This document shows positions 19,415 through 23,427 of a DNA stretch of 23,427 nucleotides, piece after piece. The stretch covers positions 5,022,001 through 5,045,427 of the forward strand of contig OZ361258.1 of the NCBI GenBank assembly GCA_977018835.1, in the 5' to 3' direction. The translations under genes and the position numbers were made by a program. The DNA is from Minutocellus sp. GHC0000111 (lineage: Eukaryota). The notes under the pieces are model-generated. The model was not told where the DNA came from and ran no database searches. It saw only the letters and a list, made by a program, of their open reading frames with translations. Numbering within the stretch: position 1 is the first letter of the stretch; each line of letters begins with the position of its first letter.

Positions 19415-22400
19415 ATGAGCACTTCCGCTGGTACCGTCCCCTCCTCTTCTGCCGGTACCTCCGCCTCCACCTCCTCCACCATCGAACCCCGTCGTCTCGA
19501 ACTTTCCACGGTCCTTCCCGTCCCGCCCGATCCCAACGCCCTGCCTGGATCTGCCAACGCAGCAAGCAATGACGCCGCCGACAAGTACACGGGGACGCTG
19601 TGCACGGCCCCCCTGAGCACCGTTCTGATCGCCGCGACCGACGCCCTGTACCAGGACGTCGTCGACATGTGCCAGGGGGAGATCGAGGTGACCCGCGCCG
19701 CCGCAAGCGCTGCTGGCAATACAGGCGGCGGTGGTGCGAACGTCGGCTGTGGAAACGAAGGGGGAGAGATTGTCGAGTCGGGATCCAACTTGGAACTATC
19801 AGCAGCCGCCGCGGCGGCACCCGTGTCGGCTCTCCTCAGCCCGGGCGGTCTCCTCTTAGCAGGCGGCGGGGCCTCCAACGCCAACGTCCCGAAAGAAAAG
19901 ATGGCCTCGCTGTCGTTCGCCCAGCGCCGCCACGAGCTGGCCAGCCGATTGGCCCGCCATTCCAAGTCCATGCTGCACTGCGCCGCACTTTTGAGTGCCT
20001 ACGGGTACAACGATCCCGACGGTTCCAATAACGGCAAGAATAACAACAATACCCAGTCGGCAGCCACGAGGGGTGGGCGCAAGACACTCACCACAAAAGC
20101 CACCAAGTCAGCATCATCAACATCCACCACCGTGTCCAAATTCCCCCGGAGAGGCGAGCTGTCCCACCTCATCAGCACCACCTCCCGGACCTTCCATCAC
20201 GTTTACAAGTCTCAATCGCAAGCTGACGAGACGCAGGATGCGCTGTACTTTGTTCACGATGGGCTGTGGAAGGCTAGGGGACATGTGCATGACATTAGGG
20301 GTGGTTTGGAGGTGATTTGTGGGTATGATGAGGACGAGGGTGAGGAGGTTGGGGAGGAAACAGTGAAGGCAAGGGTGCGAAAGGGACGGTGGTCGGACTT
20401 TCCGGAGGATGCGGCCCTGACGGTCGACAGATATCACGCCTCGTCGGAGGGGACGTGGACGGAAGAAGACACTGTCGAGAGATTGAGGACCAATGTACGG
20501 CGCAAGCTGCTGACGGGAGAGGTGGGGGTGATGCGATCTATATCTACTGGTGCTGCCGACGTGGCAAATGAAGCGAATGAAAATGACGAGGACGAAGCCG
20601 GTACGAGCATGAAGCTGCCGTGGAGGATCATACTGGAGAAGGGTGGGGGGACCGTCCGGCTCGTGCACGGAGAGCCACGACGATTTGGCATCGCCGCTTC
20701 AGTCCATGGCGGTGGTGATGACGATGGCGATAATACTGCAGCTAATGAAGATGCCAACGCCGTCTATCCCATGGAGGCCCGTCTCACCGTGTTGGCCGAG
20801 TCCGACACGAAAGATGAGAATTCCACGTCCATTCCAACCCCCGCCCCGTGGACCCTGCTGTCGGTTCAGGTGGCCGTATCGGCAAAGACCGGCGAGGACA
20901 ACCATCAGCTCCATCTCACCAAGAAGCAAATGTTTGACCTGCATCGGCTGTGCGTGCGGAGCATGACGGTCGAGGAGGCCCAGACCAACAAGCTCAACGA
21001 GTTGGAGAGTGAGAAGAAGGACAGTAGTGATGATGGGGCAGATTCCAACAAAAAGATGGAGATCGACGTGGTCCAGAAATCGCTACGGCGCAAGGCATCG
21101 ACCGAACCGCTCCGTCATCCATCGACGAGCGTGGCCATCTCCCGTCCTTTGTCGTGTTTGTTTGACGTGGCGCACAATTTTGCCTCCTCGTTGCATCTGC
21201 AAATGATCTCGGCCCAGGCACAGGAGTTGATGAAGGGCGCATGGTCTGGCGATAGTGCTTTGGCGGTGACCCCCGTCCACTTCTTTGACGTATCGGCTAT
21301 CGGGGATAATGAAGAGGAGGGCAGTGGTAGGTCGCCAGCTTCGGCGGCAGCCCTCGGATGTGTCGCCATCCACTTTTGGTCGGTCGATGATCGATATGGC
21401 CGACCGGCTCTTGGTGATTTGACCTTGGTATCTGACCAAACTCACAAGCCCACCGACTCGTCCTCGGTATCGTCCAAGTCTCGAAGTGGCAACGAAGTGC
21501 AGAAGCATCTGTTCCGGCCCGATGGCAAGGCTGCCGGACGGTTGACTCTGTGCATGCGCGCCGTGGCCGGGGTCGGTGTCGTGGCATCCCTCAGTGCCGG
21601 TGATGATGTGATTGATGCCATTGAGGACACCACTGACTCCAAGGAAGAGGAGGAGGCCACCCATCAGAATCACTTGAAGCGCATCATATCTCGCATCGTC
21701 ACGGCGACGAGCAGTCCCTTCGACCTTTCGGCTTCGGATGCCCTCCTCACGGCCACTACCCTGTGCGCTGAACGGCGATGTGAGGCCGCCGTAGAGGCCA
21801 TTGAAAAGACGGACGGGGCAGCTGCCGACTCACCGAGATTGCCATCGTGGATCAAGTTGGTGGTAGAATGCGGAACGATATCGGTCGGTGCCAAGATCTC
21901 GTACTATGGAGCAGATGCAAGTTCTTCTTCCGATGGTGAATACGTCGAGCTGTTCCGGCTCGAATGCGACTCCAAGACGGGCAAGTTCATACCGACATTT
22001 TCTCGCGACGCCATCCTGCTCCGGATGCTATCGTGCAATGACTCTCGCGCCTCCGAACTTCAGGCGCTGAGTACTGCAACCATGGCAGGGCGAAGGACGC
22101 AGATGAAATATGCGTCCGGTGATGACCTCACCGGTAGGGCCGTTCGAGAGGCATTTGATGGACTCTCCAGAGCCATGAGCTTGCTGGGAGAGCGAGTAGG
22201 AGTAGGGGGGACCTGGGTGGATTCCGAGAGCACGGCGACTTCTTTGCGTGCACGAGCCGTGGAGGTCGCATGTCGTGATGTGCGCAAGTCACTTGCCACC
22301 TGCTCCGGCATGGCAGCTGAATTTGGACTTTCTGCCCTTGCCGCAAAGGTCAGCTCCGGCGTTGAGGCTTTGGTCGATGTAGCGGGAGGCCCCATCAAAC

Positions 22401-22976
22401 CAAATCCTGAAAATAAGGTTGACTCAAGCGACACTGCTCTGTTGAGCGTGCCGCCAGTCGCTATTGCTTTGAATCAGCAGGTCATTCAAAAGAAAGAAAT
22501 GCTGAGTAGCGGTGAGGAAAAGACAACGACGCTGCTGGAGACGGATGTTCTTGCCATCGTCGCTAGCGTCGATCAAGATGCGCTTACTCTTCATGCGTTT
22601 GATGTTACAGTCCAGTCGACAAAGCCATCTCTCCGTAAGTTATTGAGATCGGTATACTTGCGATACCCTCCTAGATCGGTATACTGTAGATGTTTTATGC
22701 TGTTATTCCTTATTCCCACCGTGAGTCTAACCTTCCATTGTTGCTTCTCTTACTATATTCCATTTAGCACCGAAACGAATGGTTTGCAACAGAGTACCCT
22801 TTTCTTCCGTCCCCAAACTCGAATCATTGTCTTTGGCCATATCATCGAAGACCAATCGTTCCGCCAAACGCCGAAAAATCGAAAAGAATAACAATGATGG
22901 CGATGGAAGGAGCCTGAAGTCATTGGCACTGGAAGTACAACGTCTTGCGCCAATGCTTGTTAGTTTAATAAACTAA
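19415..22976 (+). CDS. MED14: Mediator complex subunit 14-like protein, 2 exons (19415-22634, 22768-22976; 1142 aa)
   Basis: The N-terminal region LSFAQRRHELASRL...SQADETQDALYFVHDGLWKARGHVHDIRGGLEVI...GRWSDFP fits the Med14 N-terminal domain pattern, followed by RLRTNVRRKLL and PWTLLSVQVAV. Splicing the intron joins ORF 19376 in frame to ORF 22779..22976. Confidence 0.7.
22635..22767 (+). other. Spliceosomal intron (133 nt) in the MED14-like gene
   Basis: GTAAGT donor, CTAAC branch point near 22727, pyrimidine-rich tract and TAG acceptor. It is phase 1, and its removal preserves the reading frame. Confidence 0.85.
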
Positions 22977-22991
22977 AAACTAGAAAATATG

Positions 22992-23427
22992 TTAGGGTTA
23001 GGGTTAGGGTTAGGGTTAGGGTTAGGGTTAGGGTTAGGGTTAGGGTTAGGGTTAGGGTTAGGGTTAGGGTTAGGGTTAGGGTTAGGGTTAGGGTTAGGGT
23101 TAGGGTTAGGGTTAGGGTTAGGGTTAGGGTTAGGGTTAGGGTTAGGGTTAGGGTTAGGGTTAGGGTTAGGGTTAGGGTTAGGGTTAGGGTTAGGGTTAGG
23201 GTTAGGGTTAGGGTTAGGGTTAGGGTTAGGGTTAGGGTTAGGGTTAGGGTTAGGGTTAGGGTTAGGGTTAGGGTTAGGGTTAGGGTTAGGGTTAGGGTTA
23301 GGGTTAGGGTTAGGGTTAGGGTTAGGGTTAGGGTTAGGGTTAGGGTTAGGGTTAGGGTTAGGGTTAGGGTTAGGGTTAGGGTTAGGGTTAGGGTTAGGGT
23401 TAGGGTTAGGGTTAGGGTTAGGGTTAG
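22992..23427 (+). repeat. Telomere (TTAGGG)n, G-rich strand running toward the end
   Basis: 72 uninterrupted TTAGGG units plus TTAG to the end of the window, with no variant units seen. Confidence 0.99.

Noticed and set aside
22635..22891. Hydrophobic C-terminal tail of the 1171-aa ORF
   Set aside because: It is read-through of the intron. The spliced frame ends at 22976.

Overview
Eukaryotic chromosome end, most likely from a diatom. The basis is an FCP/LHC gene, a bipartite signal-peptide plus 'AF' plastid-targeting motif, diatom-type RING+SEL1 and 'QRKNQL' proteins, and a GT-AG intron. The window ends in a perfect (TTAGGG)72 telomere (22992-23427) that starts only 15 nt after the stop codon of an apparently intact MED14-like gene. 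About 13 functionally unrelated genes or fragments fill the window: SLAC1/TDT channel, PAP-fibrillin, TLC fragment, RWDD3-like, MgtC-like, LHC, TPR-like, CRAL-TRIO-like fragment, QRKNQL-domain, F-box-like coiled coil, RING+SEL1, a small secreted protein and MED14. At least seven carry a frameshift, two are truncated, and some have lost conserved residues, whereas the two most distal genes look intact. I read this as a subtelomeric patchwork of decaying duplicated segments, although assembly indels cannot be excluded without reads. The non-coding blocks contain a hairpin-rich 1.55-kb segment bounded by a shared motif (with a T-shaped 24-bp perfect hairpin), a degenerate foldback element (11654-12251) and a 38-bp sequence copied 8.3 kb away. 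I recognised no transposase, RT, rRNA, tRNA or CRISPR array. All family assignments come from motif recognition by eye, not from database searches.
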